A stretch of 64,000 nt of DNA from Candidatus Moanibacter sp. (GCA_965215885.1 CBDCEW010000064.1:1-64000); one strand, 5' to 3'. Positions 41,489 through 52,431 are shown, counted from the stretch's first letter. The notes: generated from the letters alone by a model not told the origin. A program made the numbers and translations.

Positions 41489-42379
41489 CTACCTTGGAAC
41501 TCTACCGAAACTGAATGTCATGGCATGCGGAAAGACGATGTGAAAAGCCTCCGGATTTTTTCTTATGCGATTGACAAACAGCTTTGCCCGGTCGACCTGT
41601 CCCAGCGATTCCTCCTCCGAGAAACCCCTTTTGAGAAATGCTTTCTTCATTTCCTCGGCCTTTTTATCGTCAATCGTTTCACCAAGGTCACGCAACATGG
41701 AGGTCAGTCTCTTATGATCCGCCTCGGACGAGACCGGAGGCAGACTGCACTTCACTGAATCAGAGGTGCGTGCCCCTACATTCTCCAGACCCGCCTCCTG
41801 GAACAGGACGGGAACTTTCGCTCCGATATTGAAATCGCTCCCCGTCAGATTCTGTATCCGGTCGAAGTTCTCCTGCAGAAATCCCAGATCCACCGCCGTC
41901 GACTGTTCAATTTCGGCGACATGGAGCAGGGCGTTCACCGCGTTTACATTGCTCTCGCAAGCGATCACCCATCCTCCCGGCCTCGTCACTCGCGCCATCT
42001 CCCGAACTGCCTCCTCAGGATTCTTCAAATGCATAAGCAGGGAATGACAGGTCGCCACATCGAACTCACCATCCGCAAACGGAGTATTGCAAACATCCCC
42101 CGGAACAAATCTTCCATTATACGGCAGTTTCCCGAAGAGTTCCTCACCTTCATCGATAAGCTTTTCAGATACATCGATTCCTGTATACGAGCTGCCTTCC
42201 GGCATTTGCGGCAGGATTGCCGTGCCGAAATACCCATATCCGCATCCGAAATCGACCACTCTGCACGACTCACGGATGCGCCAAACCTTCCGAACGAGGA
42301 ATTCCAGATAATCCCCATTATGATATTGAAACCGGCTTTCCTGAAGATAGCTCAGCTTGTCTGCCCAGTCCTGCGCCAT
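41489..42379 (-). CDS. Class I SAM-dependent methyltransferase
   Basis: VVDFGCGYG, FDVATC and REMARVTRPGG. Confidence 0.9.
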   Translation of the reverse strand: MAQDWADKLSYLQESRFQYHNGDYLEFLVRKVWRIRESCRVVDFGCGYGYFGTAILPQMPEGSSYTGIDVSEKLIDEGEELFGKLPYNGRFVPGDVCNTPFADGEFDVATCHSLLMHLKNPEEAVREMARVTRPGGWVIACESNVNAVNALLHVAEIEQSTAVDLGFLQENFDRIQNLTGSDFNIGAKVPVLFQEAGLENVGARTSDSVKCSLPPVSSEADHKRLTSMLRDLGETIDDKKAEEMKKAFLKRGFSEEESLGQVDRAKLFVNRIRKNPEAFHIVFPHAMTFSFGRVPR

Positions 42380-42497
42380 GATATGATTTCTATCGATGCA
42401 ACTCAGTCGCGCCCCCCGACGCTCTGTTTTATTACTGCCTACTTTGGCTCACCGCCGGTCGGATCAAACAGGACTGAAAGGTGAAGCAGTGACAAGA

Positions 42498-42571
42498 CGA
42501 AATGCTTCCGTCCCGGCTCGCTGGGACTACGTTCTGAATCGACACATGTAGCGGAAAGCGGGAGCTTTTCG
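42498..42571. repeat. REPIN-like doublet, family A copy 2, left arm interrupted by a TCCCGG..GGGA palindrome
   Basis: Right arm GTAGCGGAAAGCGGGAGCTTTTCG is identical to copy 1; left arm reads CGAAATGCTTCCG[TCCCGGCTCGCTGGGA]CTAC. Confidence 0.8.
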
Positions 42572-42718
42572 ACGGATCTGACACCGAAATGTGTTGTCAT
42601 GACCCGCCCGCAAAGCCGTTCTACGAGGCTGCGGGATATCAGGCGGGACCTCTTTCGACCCACAGACTCAAACAGGGTGGAGATCTTCAATGTTATCCGA
42701 TGCGCAAGACCCTTAAAC

Positions 42719-43534
42719 ATGAATCCTGACCATCTCAAAGCCAACAGACTCAACTGGAACGACCGGGTCGCCGCCCACGCCTATTCCTCCGAATCCTCCT
42801 ACGACATCGATGGTTTTTTGGCTGGCAATTCGACTCTCAAATCAATCGAGACTGAGGAACTTGGAGATGTCAGGGGTAAGTCCCTCCTTCACCTCATGTG
42901 CCACTTCGGGCTCGACACTCTGTCGTGGCGACGAATAGGGGCGGAAGTTACGGGGATCGACTTTTCAAACGAAGCAATTACGTTAGCTCAGTCATTGGCT
43001 AAGAGGGCTAACCTGGACGCCAGCTTCATCTGTTCCAACGTCTATGAACTCCCAGACAAGCTTGATGAGCAGTTCGACATTGTGATCGCGAATTATGGAA
43101 TAACCTGCTGGCTACCCGATTTTGACCGATTCGCCAGGGTCGCTTCCCATTTCCTGAAATCCGGCGGGATCTTCCTTCTCATCGACGGACATCCTTTTCT
43201 CGATCTCCTCGAATTCAGCGAGCAGGAGAAGCAACTCGAATTTACAGGCCGATACTTTCACAATCCGGAGCCGGACGCATTCGACATTCCATATTCATAC
43301 ACAGGAAAGAAGCGGCTCTCAAATTCCCTCGCATACGAATGGAGCCATGATCTCGGCAGAATCATCGCGGCAATCAAATCGAATGGATTGAATCTCGTTT
43401 CCTTCAAAGAATATCCGATTTCATTCTGGAAACGTTTCCCGAATATGATTCCGGATCGGAATAGATACTGGAAATTCCCAGATTCATTGCCACAGATTCC
43501 TTCAATGTTCTCGATCAAGGCGGAAAAGAAATAA
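42719..43534 (+). CDS. Class I SAM-dependent methyltransferase
   Basis: ANRLNWN, LLHLMCHFGLDTLS, GIDFS and FLKSGG. Confidence 0.9.
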   Translation: MNPDHLKANRLNWNDRVAAHAYSSESSYDIDGFLAGNSTLKSIETEELGDVRGKSLLHLMCHFGLDTLSWRRIGAEVTGIDFSNEAITLAQSLAKRANLDASFICSNVYELPDKLDEQFDIVIANYGITCWLPDFDRFARVASHFLKSGGIFLLIDGHPFLDLLEFSEQEKQLEFTGRYFHNPEPDAFDIPYSYTGKKRLSNSLAYEWSHDLGRIIAAIKSNGLNLVSFKEYPISFWKRFPNMIPDRNRYWKFPDSLPQIPSMFSIKAEKK

Positions 43535-43757
43535 TATCGGCTCTTCTTCCAATTTAGCAACAATCGCCTGGTTGCATGTCAGAAAAGGAGGATTCGATTC
43601 AAGATACGGCACTTCCCAAAAAAATCAGGATATGACACTCTGAAGGATGACTAAATTCGTTGCCAGAGGATTGGCACCAATGTAATCTCCTCAATATCAA
43701 TATCCTAAATTATTCTGTTTCGCCAACTGTCCGGAAATTCGTAGAATTTCCGGACTA

Positions 43758-44468
43758 ATGAGCAAGAAATACATTCTTTGGGATTTTGACGGCACTATTG
43801 CTTTCCAGCCATCTCTCTGGTCGTCGGCATTAACCACTCTTTTCCGTCGTCACGGTATCGAAACACCTTCCGCTAATGACGCTTTTCACATCCTCGAAAC
43901 TGGATTTCCCTGGCATCACCCTGAGATTCCTCATCACATACTGTTCGACGGTCGAACATGGTGGGAGTATTTTGCGCAGCTCATTGAGTCGAAGCTCATT
44001 GTAATCGGCGTTCCAGCCGATTCAGCCAATAAGGTCGGGCGAGGATTCCGTCGCGAAATCATCAATCGCAGCGGCTATTCATTATACGACGATGTGATTC
44101 CCGCTCTGGAACGAACCAAGAAGGCTGGATTTTCCAACGTTATCCTTTCAAACCACTTTCCGGAAATAGACCAGATTATCGGCCAACTTGGAGTTTTGAA
44201 CCGCTTCGAGAGAGTATTCACATCAGGTACGATCGGGTATGAAAAACCTCACCCGGAAATCTGGAAACATGCCATGAGTCTATTGGGAAACCCAGCGAAG
44301 GCCGTGATGATCGGTGACAATTACGAAGCGGATACAAAGGGTGCCACCAATCAGGGAATACCCGCAATCCTCGTGAGAACCGAAAACAGATGGGATTATT
44401 CACATTACTGTGAAAATTTAGATTGCATTTTGGACGTTATTGAGGGGATTATCGCCGAATCTACATGA
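43758..44468 (+). CDS. HAD-superfamily hydrolase
   Basis: LWDFDGT, LSNH, YEKPHPEI and MIGDNYEAD. Confidence 0.9.
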   Translation: MSKKYILWDFDGTIAFQPSLWSSALTTLFRRHGIETPSANDAFHILETGFPWHHPEIPHHILFDGRTWWEYFAQLIESKLIVIGVPADSANKVGRGFRREIINRSGYSLYDDVIPALERTKKAGFSNVILSNHFPEIDQIIGQLGVLNRFERVFTSGTIGYEKPHPEIWKHAMSLLGNPAKAVMIGDNYEADTKGATNQGIPAILVRTENRWDYSHYCENLDCILDVIEGIIAEST

Positions 44469-44545
44469 TGCCATGTTGCAAATCATTGGACGCCGCCTCG
44501 CGGGATGCTGCCGGATCAGCCGCGAGCCCTCTGGTCATGACAGGA

Positions 44546-44610
44546 CGAAATGCTCCCGCATTCCGCTACGTTCGTAATCGAAAAATGTAGCGGAATGCGG
44601 GAGCTTTTCG
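44546..44610. repeat. REPIN-like doublet, family A copy 3
   Basis: CGAAATGCTCCCGCATTCCGCTAC / GTAGCGGAATGCGGGAGCTTTTCG. Confidence 0.85.
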
Positions 44611-44652
44611 GTGCTCTTGAAGCCAAATCGCACCCCTTTGCATTACCCCCAA

Positions 44653-45639
44653 ATGAATACGACACTTCGAGTCAGACATCTCGACCGTGAGTCCGACTTT
44701 CCGAAGCTCATAGAATTCCTTCGAAGCCGGAGTAAACAAATGAGCCTGCCGGACTATTGGACGATCGGCTCGAAGATGTGCTTCTACTTGAACTTGTTTG
44801 AAAGTTCGGAATCCAATCACCATCTATGGGAAGACCAGAGCGGAGACATTCATGCCTATACCAAGGTGATCCCAAGTAAACGAAGTTGGACCATCCAGAT
44901 TCATCCCGACTACTGCGACGAACAACATGTCCTGAGGATGATTGATGAAGCGGAGAGTTTCATCGACAGTCATCCGGAAGCGGAAGCGAAGTCGATTCAA
45001 TATCAAACAAAGGTCTATGAAAGCGACGCACTGCTCCTTTCTCTTCTCCAGGCCAGAGGATATGAGCAGGGGAAATACGACTCACCCTATTTTCGGCAAT
45101 CACTCGAATCGGAGTTGTCGCCGGTCGCCATGCACAGCGAATTCACCATAAGGGAATTCCGCGGTGGAGCGGAGATCGAGCAGCGAGCGGGTGCGCAGCG
45201 AGATTCGTTTACGGGCAACGCCGAGGCGGATCCATGGAGCATACGGAATATCGAACGGATGATCGATTACCGAAAATCCAACGACGACATCGATCTGATC
45301 GCCATTAATTCAGAAGGGGTGATCGGTTCATATGCCGTCTGCCAGATTGATCAGGTCACTAAGATCGGCGAGTTTGATCCTCTTGGAACCAGAACCCGAT
45401 ATCGGAGGCGAGGCCTCGCAACCGCGGTAATCAATGGTGGATTGAGAGCAATGAGGGGAAAGGGAATGGAAATCGCCGTTGTCCGCACTCAGGCCGACGC
45501 CGTACCGGCCGTGAAACTCTACGAATCGGTCGGATTTGAAATTGCGCCTCGTCAGCAGAATCTATGGGTTACCTACGGGTTCACGCTGCAAACGCCAATT
45601 TGCTATGAATTCCTGCCTTCCTTATTAGGGCGATCTTAA
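44653..45639 (+). CDS. GNAT acetyltransferase whose extreme C-terminus is replaced by ISL3 sequence
   Basis: GEFDPLGTRTRYRRRGLA and AVKLYESVGF; from 45546 the frame runs into an ISL3 end. Confidence 0.85.
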   Translation: MNTTLRVRHLDRESDFPKLIEFLRSRSKQMSLPDYWTIGSKMCFYLNLFESSESNHHLWEDQSGDIHAYTKVIPSKRSWTIQIHPDYCDEQHVLRMIDEAESFIDSHPEAEAKSIQYQTKVYESDALLLSLLQARGYEQGKYDSPYFRQSLESELSPVAMHSEFTIREFRGGAEIEQRAGAQRDSFTGNAEADPWSIRNIERMIDYRKSNDDIDLIAINSEGVIGSYAVCQIDQVTKIGEFDPLGTRTRYRRRGLATAVINGGLRAMRGKGMEIAVVRTQADAVPAVKLYESVGFEIAPRQQNLWVTYGFTLQTPICYEFLPSLLGRS

Positions 45640-45800
45640 GCACTTCGAAGCTCTTAAAGCCGTATGCTTTTCTGATAGTGAGATTTATATTGCGCTTAAA
45701 GCCCTCCACAATGCCGCAGGAAAAGGCGTTTTTGGCCCGAAACCAGTTGAGGATGAGCGGCTCGTGTTTGCGCACGAACCTTTTGATCGGTTTGCCGCAT
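45546..45800 (-). mobile_element. ISL3-family remnant (right end plus transposase C-terminus)
   Basis: End GCCTCGTCAGCAGAATCTATGGGT at 45546. Minus-strand RKHEPLILNWFRAKNAFSCGIVEGFKRNINLTIRKAYGFKSFEVLKIAL is a typical ISL3 C-terminus. Confidence 0.85.
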
Positions 45801-46199
45801 GCACCGATTACCTATTTGATCAGAAGCTCTTAGTTTTATGAACACGTGGCGCGAGTGCGCAACCATTTGGAAAATTCCAGGTATAAAAATGTGGGTTTCG
45901 ACCAGTAGGGCTTCGCTCATAATGCCGAGGCAAGAGCTGAAAGGTGCCCCTTACCTTTAGTAGGTTATTCCGAGTTACCTCTTCAGATTCGTATTCATCG
46001 AGGAGAACCTCCTTGAGGCGGATCTTTGAGTTCGGGGCGAGCCTGTGCGAAATTTTTGAAGAATCCCTCTTCATCAAATTGATTTTTGACCCATGGCACG
46101 TTGATGATTTCTTAGCCGTCCCGCTGAGAACAATCTTTGATAAACAGATTGGGCCTGGCTTGAAAGCAAACCGACGGCTCGAATCTCATTGAGGGCCTT

Positions 46200-47419
46200 C
46201 CTCAGCGTTGGCTACCTGGAAGTGGAAGCGTTCATGTGCAGCGCCTGGGGTGCCTTTTTCTTGATCACTTTGGTTGCGGCTCTGCTGCGCTAGGATCCGA
46301 CGCAAGACGTTCTGATCTGGCTGCTCTTTTGGGCTTCGTTTCGGCCAGAAACAACTTTAGTAAATGAGCATCAAACGTTGCGCTTATTGCCAATACGGCC
46401 TCATAGAGCCGCCACTGCCAGCATCGTCATGCTGGTACTGGACCGAAGGGGCGCGGTGGGGGTAAAGAGATAGTGATGAGCGAGGCTCGAGGCACGCCGA
46501 TACTGGCACCTGATCGACTTTCCGATCGCCTCAATCCCGCTCATCACTTCGCGCCGTTTGAGACCTTACCCAATCGCACCATCGCCTCGAGCGGACTGCG
46601 AAGATGGCCGCTCAATACCGCTTGCGCCATAGGTTCGCCTGTGGCGAAAAACCCTTCGTAGTCTAGATAGGCCCGCACGCTCTTCAGTTCGTCTTGGAGC
46701 ACCCCAGCTCAGAGTTTCGATAGAAACTCATCCCACTGGCCGCCTTGAAAGGCATGGCATTGGCCTCAAGGCAGATGAACGATCTTGCAGCGCCTGGGGT
46801 GCCTTTTTCGTCTACTTGAGGTAAGGCACCCGGGACACCTCTTCGACGCTTGGACCGGAAGTGACCGCATTCCGGCAATTGACCCGCCGCACCCTTGCCG
46901 TCTTTCTGCGGTAACATTGAGACAACCAGATGACTCTTGCCCTTACACCTCGACCATCCCCGCACAATGGAGCATCGCAGGATTCAAAATCGCCTGGCCT
47001 CGCTCAATGTGGTCGTAGCCGCTGGCCGTCCGGCCACACCCGGAACAGCACACCCGACTATTCTTGCGCGGCTCAATCTAAGGCACCACAATCGCCTCCA
47101 CCGATTTCACCATCGTCCATACTCGCCTTTGCGTAAACAAAGCTCCCTTGAGCCAATAGCACCGATTCAGTAGCGTTTTGATGAGCACTGGGTCCTCCGT
47201 GTTCAGGATTGTATTTGCGGTACTACTTTCGGATCCTCGGAATCGGCCCGGTGCCCTTCAACCTTTCAATCCCATATGCAAAGAAAACACCGACCAGCCC
47301 CTCCGGCTGTGGAGGAGCGGACATTCAGGGCAGCGCCCTGAGAATCTACCTTGTGCTCACCGACTCTATTTCCTCTTGTAAGCGACAGTTACCCACCCAC
47401 AGATTCTGCTGTCAGACCC
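46200..47419. mobile_element. Cluster of decayed transposase remnants
   Basis: rve/Mu-like fragment LASLNV...FHHRPYSPLRKQSSLE (about 46990-47150); a second ISL3-type end ACCCACAGATTCTGCTGTCAGACCC (47395-47419); 24-bp direct repeat TGCAGCGCCTGGGGTGCCTTTTTC at 46237 and 46786. No intact ORF. Confidence 0.5.
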
Positions 47420-48062
47420 GAAATTGCTGACAAACTATACACCTACGTCACGCTGCAACCAATTTGCTAGATTCCTGCTTTCCTGCCTTCCTTATTCAAC
47501 TCTTAATATGTGTTCAATGAGAGGGTCGTTGCCAAGTCAGGGCACATCGCTTGAACGCCCATCCCAAAATAAAGCACAAACGTATTTTCATACTGACATT
47601 GTCCACGCCTGTAGCCTCTGTGCTTCTCTGTGCCGCTCTGTATTACTATCCGTCAGAACTTAGTTTTTTGAACACGTTTTGGAGTGTAACATATTGGTAT
47701 TCCAGGTTGTGGGGTCGACCCGTCGCCGCTTCGCTTTGCCGAGGCAGGCAAGGTTACCAGGGTATTCCGAGTTACCTCCTCGATTCGATCAAGAATCTCC
47801 TCACTGTTTATGAGTTCGGGGCGAGCCTGTCGAACCGTTGGGAATCCCTCTTCATCAAATCTGCGGTTTTCCATGGCACGGCGCATCCCGCTCAGCGGGA
47901 GAAGACGGCTCGAATCCGTGGTGCCTTCCTCTTTATTCGCGTTCATTTGCGTCCATTTGCGGTTCTCTTTTTCTTTTTTGGTTGCGGCTCTGCTGCGCTA
48001 GGACCGCTCTTCTGTCTTTTAAGGCTTTTTGGGTTCGTTGCGGCCAGCGACATCTTTAGTAA

Positions 48063-49028
48063 ATGACATCAAACGTTAGCAAGTTGCCAAAGATAGAGCT
48101 TCACTGTCACATCGATGGAATACTGGACCCGTCGATGCTCGAGGATATGGAACGTGCAAATATCCCCTACCACATCACTTCACAGGAGTTACAATCCATT
48201 TACCCCAACAATGGAATTGAAGGCTTCATTCGGTGGTTCGACCTCGTAGACAGTTCGTTTCACAAGAGTTTCGATAGCTTCATCCCGATCCTTGAAAGGC
48301 ACATTGAGCGCCTCAAGGCACAGAACGTCGTCTACGCCGAGATCTTCGTTGGAGGAAGTGAGATTCCCAAAGACGATGACGACTTTCTGAAGAACATTGA
48401 GACAACCAGAAACGTCCTGCGCACGATGGAGGATCGCAGGATCCAGATCGAGCTGGTCTACCAATTTGGCCGAAACCGAGCTCCGGAACAAATCGAAGCC
48501 TCGTCCGACTGGATCATTAAGGCCCATCAAGAGGATCTCATCGTCGGCGTCGTCATGGCTGGCCTCGAGAAAGGCTTTCCCGTTCGTCCGTTTACAAACA
48601 TATTCAGGAAATTCAAAGATGCCGGTTTGGGGATTGAAATCCATGCGGGCGAATGGGTCGGACCGGAATCGGTCTGGGATGCCCTTGACCATGGTTCCCT
48701 AGACCGGATCGGACACGGTGTCACCGCATTTCAGGACGAGACATTACGGCAGAAACTTCGCCAAGAGAATCTACACATCGAGATGTGTCCCACAAGCAAC
48801 GTGAAGACAGGCAGTGTAAACTCCATCGAAGAACACCCGGTCAGAATCGCGCGAGATCTCGGGATGAATTACTCAGTTAATACGGACGATCCGGGCATTT
48901 TCGAGTGCAGTATGAATTCGGAATATCAACTTCTCGCTGATGCATTTGGCTTCTCAGAAGATGATTTTCAGAGGATTTATGAGAATTCATTGAACGCGAG
49001 GTTCCAGAAGAAATTGCGTTATCTTTAG
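48063..49028 (+). CDS. add: Adenosine deaminase family protein
   Basis: LPKIELHCHIDG, HAGE, DRIGHG, EMCPTSN and VNTDDP. Confidence 0.92.
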   Translation: MTSNVSKLPKIELHCHIDGILDPSMLEDMERANIPYHITSQELQSIYPNNGIEGFIRWFDLVDSSFHKSFDSFIPILERHIERLKAQNVVYAEIFVGGSEIPKDDDDFLKNIETTRNVLRTMEDRRIQIELVYQFGRNRAPEQIEASSDWIIKAHQEDLIVGVVMAGLEKGFPVRPFTNIFRKFKDAGLGIEIHAGEWVGPESVWDALDHGSLDRIGHGVTAFQDETLRQKLRQENLHIEMCPTSNVKTGSVNSIEEHPVRIARDLGMNYSVNTDDPGIFECSMNSEYQLLADAFGFSEDDFQRIYENSLNARFQKKLRYL

Positions 49029-49314
49029 TCAGGAGATGAATTTCCCTAACGGTGAACGACGGCGCTCTCGACCCGGCGAAGTGCACGGACGAAGACGGTT
49101 GGACGGTATCGACCGGCATTGGATATCCATCGACCAGCATCCCGCTCTGCCGTACGGCAGAGTCCTACCATCTCACTATCAAAACTGTAGGACCGCGCTC
49201 GCCGAAGGCCCTGAGCCGAGTCGAAGGGCGCGGGACTGGGCTGAGATGGTTAATCGAGGTGGAATCCTTCGTTCTTTGCGCAGCAGAGATTCCGAGTTCA
49301 TCACCCAATGACCG

Positions 49315-50324
49315 ATGCTGGCAATTGACAGGATAAAGGAACTTCTCTCCGATGCGGGACTTTCAAACGTCGATTATCTTGAGCGGTTTAAATATTTCAG
49401 TAATCCGTATGACACCCGCCAGATTTACACCATTGCGAACGAACTCGTCGTAAAGGTATTTGCCGACAGCGAAATTGACGCTTATCGAATCGAGTCGCAC
49501 CTGCTTCCGTTGCTTAATGATGAAGGTGTTTCAGTTCCAGTATTACTTCATTCCGAAGATTTCGGGCAGGACGGAAGCATCATCGCAATGGAATGGGCTG
49601 CTGGTGAACTTCTTGACGATGTTTACCAAACCCTTTCGGGCGACGAATACGAAAAGCTGCTCTCCGCATTGGGACGGCAAATCAGGAACTTTCATCGGGT
49701 CAACGCTGACCGAATCGACGAAGTACTTCTCAAAGAAGGGAGTTGTGACAGTCACCGCTCGTGCGCTGAGGAATACTTACGAGACCTCACGATGAACCTG
49801 GAACACTTCTCAAACGAGGATCAACTTTCGACCTATGCCACCGACGTAGTAGAGGATTTTATCCAACAACATCACGAAAGGTTCTTCTCGTCATCTCGTG
49901 CGCTCTCCCATACCGACATTCACAACGAGAACGTATTTCTGGACACCTCTGATTCAGAGAGTTACCGATGCACCTTGATCGATTTGGAAAGCGTAATCGT
50001 GCAGGAGATTGAGCTGGATTTCGTTCATCCATTCATGAATATCATAGGCGAAGCGTTTCCGCAAAGGCGGCTCAGAAGACGCATCACGAGGAATCTAACG
50101 GCACTACGGCGAATCGATTTCTCGCCGCTTTTGAATCAGGTTATGGGGACAAAATTGATTGGGAGGTGGTAACCTGCCACCTGGTCTGCTGGCACCTTAA
50201 TTGGGCGAGAAATGCTGAGAAACGTGGTAATCAGCAACTCCGAGAGTTTATTATCAAGACTGCACTCGGTGCCATCGCATTCATCAATATCGCACCGATG
50301 GACAAGCTGTGGGATAGAAGATGA
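49315..50324 (+). CDS. APH/choline kinase family phosphotransferase, frameshifted at about 50063
   Basis: SHTDIHNENV and LIDLE. The -1 frame from 50064 continues ...RFLAAFESGYG... to TGA 50322-50324, overlapping the next ATG as ATGA. Confidence 0.75.
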
Positions 50325-51055
50325 GTACCTGGAAACCATCAGAAGACGCATTCGGTCAGGAGATGCTTGCCTTCCAAAGCGGCCACGATGTTCAGGAAAT
50401 CATTGAAAGAGATGACGGATATATCGACATCTCGAATGGACCGAAAGCCTATTTCGAAGGATACACGTATTGGCCTCCACATTTGAAACGAGCGATGCGG
50501 TTCGCACGTGGCCGTGTCCTCGACATTGGCTGTGGGGCGGGGAGGCACTCTTTATACCTCCAGAAACGAGGCTTCAAAGTACTCGGAACCGATATCTCAC
50601 CCTTGGCGATCAGAGTCGTCAGAACAAGGGGTTTGAAGCAGGCAAAGGCTACACCGATCGATAAACTGAATGCAAGTCTGGGACGCTTCGATACCATTCT
50701 CATGTTGGGAAACAATTTCGGGCTATTTGGTAGCTTCAACCGAGCCCGTTGGCTTTTGAGGCGTTTCAAGCGGTTCACATCAGACAGTGCGCGAATCATC
50801 GCAGAGTCACTGGATCCTTATCAGACCGACGCGCCAGTACATCTTACCTACCACCGTCGGAACAGAAGCAAGGGTCGAATGAGCGGCCAGGTCAGAATTC
50901 GCGTTCGGTTCCACGATATCAAAAGTCCCTGGTTCGACTACCTCATGGTTTCAAAGAAGGAAATGGAGGACATTCTGAGTGGCACTGGCTGGATTGTGCG
51001 CCGTTACCTCGATTCGTACGGCCCAACCTATGTCGCGATTATTGAGAGGGATTGA
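50321..51055 (+). CDS. Class I SAM-dependent methyltransferase
   Basis: EIIERDDG, VLDIGCGAGRHSL and FDTILMLGNNFG. Confidence 0.9.
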   Translation: MSTWKPSEDAFGQEMLAFQSGHDVQEIIERDDGYIDISNGPKAYFEGYTYWPPHLKRAMRFARGRVLDIGCGAGRHSLYLQKRGFKVLGTDISPLAIRVVRTRGLKQAKATPIDKLNASLGRFDTILMLGNNFGLFGSFNRARWLLRRFKRFTSDSARIIAESLDPYQTDAPVHLTYHRRNRSKGRMSGQVRIRVRFHDIKSPWFDYLMVSKKEMEDILSGTGWIVRRYLDSYGPTYVAIIERD

Positions 51056-51089
51056 TGCGCCCTTGATGATACTGTCAAGAGACATCGCG

Positions 51090-51201
51090 TCGAACATTCA
51101 GCATCGAACTTCGAACACCGACCTGTCCTCCATAGTCGAAAGCGAAGGAGGGAGGTCTTTACTTCGATGTTGGACGTTCAGTGTTCGATGTTCGACATTC
51201 G
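51090..51201. repeat. Inverted pair of heptamer tandem repeats enclosing a short palindrome
   Basis: CGAACATTCAGCATCGAACTTCGAACACCGA ... TTCGATGTTGGACGTTCAGTGTTCGATGTTCGACATTCG. Confidence 0.7.
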
Positions 51202-51280
51202 CCTCTTCGGATCCGTTGTGAATCCCCCAGATAAGCCCCGGCGCCATCCCAGCGTGCGCTTAGTGATTGCACTCCCAATT

Positions 51281-51910
51281 TCAAATCGAATGAAGGGCCT
51301 CCTCCAAGGGAGTTTCGCCCTCAAGGAGGCTGAAGGTCTTTCCGATTGTCGATTCGATATCGAGGCAGGCGACCAGTGCAGCAGCCAGATTGTCCCGCGT
51401 CGTAATTCCGGATATATGGCAATCGGCGCTGACCGAAACAAGTCCGTTACCGGGATCATCTCGCAATCCGCCCGGACAGATGATGGTGTAATCCAGTTCG
51501 GATTCGCGCAGATGGTGGTCGGCGTGCCCTTTCGCTTTGTGATAATGCGCGATCTTGGACTGGCTGTTCATGTCAGCGTTGATCGAGCTGAGCATAACGT
51601 AACGCCGGGCTCCATGCAGCTGCGCCGTCACTATCGATCGTATCGCGCCGATTTGATCGATGAGGACGGTCTTATCCTTCCCTGTATGGCCTCCCGACCC
51701 GGCAGCGAAAATGACGGCATCACAACCGACCACGGCGTGACCGATCGGATACTCCAGATCGGCCAGGACCGTGGGCACGCCGAGGTCGTCGAACACGGCT
51801 CGCTGACTCGTGTCGCGAATCATAGCAAGAGGTTCGTGCCGACTCTCGGTTAACCGTTTGACGACGCGCTTCCCCGTATTCCCATGAGCCCCAATCACCA
51901 GTACTTTCAT
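51281..51910 (-). CDS. NAD(P)-binding atypical SDR (YhfK-like)
   Basis: VLVIGAHGNTG, AVIFAAGSG, YHKAK and YTIICPGGL. Confidence 0.9.
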   Translation of the reverse strand: MKVLVIGAHGNTGKRVVKRLTESRHEPLAMIRDTSQRAVFDDLGVPTVLADLEYPIGHAVVGCDAVIFAAGSGGHTGKDKTVLIDQIGAIRSIVTAQLHGARRYVMLSSINADMNSQSKIAHYHKAKGHADHHLRESELDYTIICPGGLRDDPGNGLVSVSADCHISGITTRDNLAAALVACLDIESTIGKTFSLLEGETPLEEALHSI

Positions 51911-52094
51911 TGTTGTTTCCATCTTTGTATGCTGAACTGTATTGCAATAAATAACAAGCCCCGGGTGGGAATCTCACCCCAATTTTTCTAGAAATTCGAA
52001 AAGCAATAGTGTATACCCTCTGGCACCATACGTGTTCCAACCCGAGTGGCGCTAGGATAACGGGCATTAACGGAATATTCGGCGGTGATACGTT

Positions 52095-52157
52095 TCGGCC
52101 GCAAGCGGCCTTCCTACAACAATTTATGAAACTTGTAGGAAGCTCGCTCGCGAGCGA
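52095..52157. repeat. GTAG REP doublet, family B copy 2
   Basis: TCGGCCGCAAGCGGCCTTCCTAC ... GTAGGAAGCTCGCTCGCGAGCGA. Confidence 0.8.
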
Positions 52158-52431
52158 TAATCCCGTTATCGTGACACCAATTCAGTTCTCGCGTTCTGGG
52201 CGAGATGTAATGGTTTGGATTCGTAGCCGGACGCGCAAGCATCCGGTCTCACGTGCTGGGATCAGACATTCGTGATCATCGAACCTCTCGCCTATTTAGC
52301 CTGGCCCCGCCTTCTTGCGAAGCCGGCTACCCTGAAAGAACACTTCCCGAAGTACAAGCCAGCATCGTGATCTATACTATCTACTGCAGAAGTTTATGAT
52401 CCGATCGAATCATAAAGATTCGCAGTAGAAT

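Noticed and set aside
45960..46080. Cobalamin riboswitch or group II intron domain V on the minus strand
   Set aside because: The similarity is superficial (AAGAGGGA..CCCCG); core conserved elements are missing and not shared by both copies.
46093..46110. Sigma-54 promoter at TGGCACG (also near 47874)
   Set aside because: No correctly spaced TTGC -12 element.
31465..51055. Classical integron cassette array
   Set aside because: No IntI gene and no consistent RYYYAAC...GTTRRRY attC hairpins by eye; kept only as a cassette-like array finding.
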